This document shows, one piece after another, positions 63,342 to 64,000 of a stretch of DNA of 64,000 nt (position 1 is the first letter of the stretch; each line of letters starts with the position of its first letter). The stretch lies in NCBI GenBank assembly GCA_965223855.1, contig CBDCXM010000009.1, positions 896,001 through 960,000 on the forward strand, written 5' to 3'. The DNA comes from Candidatus Multivoradales bacterium (GTDB taxonomy: Bacteria; Acidobacteriota; Thermoanaerobaculia; Multivoradales; JAHEKO01). The notes under the pieces are model-generated. The model was not told the DNA's origin. It made no database searches and worked only from the letters and a program-made list of their open reading frames with translations. The position numbers and the translations under genes are program-made.

Positions 63342-64000
63342 TCAGGTCCGCAACGATCTCAGGAGGCGGAGATTACCGGCGTCGCCGACGCCGTCTTTGG
63401 GGGTCTCGAGCACCATCGGAACATCGCCCAAGCGGCGATCGGAGACGATGCGTGCGAGCGCCGCTCGACCGAGATGACCGGCGCCGATGTGCTCGTGCCG
63501 GTCGCGACGCGAGCCGAACGGCTGCTTCGAGTCGTTGAGGTGGACCGCTCGCACCTGGTCGAGGCCGAGGCGACGGTCAATCTCGCCGATCGTCGCTTCG
63601 AGCCCCTCCGCCTCGTGGATCGGATAGCCGGCCGCGAACAGGTGGCAGGTGTCGAGGCACACGCCCAGCCGCTCCGGTCGACGCACGGCGTCGTAGATCC
63701 CCTCCAGTTCCTCGAGGTCGGCGCCGAGGTTCGAGCCCTGACCGGCGGTGGTCTCGAGGAGGAGGCGGGTGGCGAATCCCGCGGTGCGTTCGAACACCCG
63801 ATCGAGGAAGGCCCCGACCCGCCGCACGCCGGTGGCGACGCCGGCCCCGACATGGCTCCCGGGGTGGAGCACGACGCCTGCAAGGCCGAGCCGCTCGGCT
63901 CGCTGGAGCTCGTCGATCAGCGCGACGATCGAGCGTTCGCGGGTGGCCGGCTCGGGGGACGCCGGGTTGACGAGGTAGCTGCCGTGCGAGATCAGCCGGT
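63342..64000 (-). CDS. nfo: Endonuclease IV (AP endonuclease); 5'-truncated by window edge
   Basis: 'HGSYLVN', 'LHPGSH', 'LETTAGQG', 'CLDTCHLFAAGY', 'HLNDSK', 'DRHEHIG', 'LETP'. Confidence 0.95.
   Translation of the reverse strand, partial: RLISHGSYLVNPASPEPATRERSIVALIDELQRAERLGLAGVVLHPGSHVGAGVATGVRRVGAFLDRVFERTAGFATRLLLETTAGQGSNLGADLEELEGIYDAVRRPERLGVCLDTCHLFAAGYPIHEAEGLEATIGEIDRRLGLDQVRAVHLNDSKQPFGSRRDRHEHIGAGHLGRAALARIVSDRRLGDVPMVLETPKDGVGDAGNLRLLRSLRT

Noticed and set aside
1-64000. tRNA/rRNA genes, IS elements, integrases, known anti-phage defence genes
   Set aside because: None recognised by eye; intergenic gaps are short and no transposase/recombinase motifs were seen (a tRNAscan/HMM run would be needed to exclude them formally)

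Overview
High-GC (roughly 70% by eye) bacterial chromosomal window, densely coding, with about 57 credible CDSs. I found no rRNA, tRNA, CRISPR array or recognisable transposase/integrase. Gene content and a repeated C-terminal 'IFxDGFESGDTSAW' tail suggest an Acidobacteriota (Thermoanaerobaculia-like) genome; this is inference only. Content in order: a surface-glycan cluster (GT4, coiled-coil methyltransferase, GT-C-like protein); a DUF3592/arrestin-like/ATPase trio; a secreted hydrazine-synthase-alpha-like CxxCH protein; PQQ-type propellers; a TAXI-TRAP transporter with a split permease; alkaline phosphatase; an operon of four ~300-aa acidic Ala-rich all-helical proteins plus a membrane lipase-like hydrolase (best candidate for an undescribed system); a sigma54 two-component + MacAB-like locus with visible promoter and enhancer; a GntR(YtrA)-SPFH operon; a Rieske-ThDP enzyme fusion; a spondin + OmpR/HK module with shared boxes; tricorn protease; a Ser/Thr kinase; an orphan toxin/immunity-like pair; an ECF/zf-HC2/S8-protease/cupredoxin/cytochrome-like/porin locus with recurring ECF promoters; a second ECF operon; and a partial nfo. 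Many genes appear to be leaderless. All family assignments come from motif recognition by eye; no database search was run.
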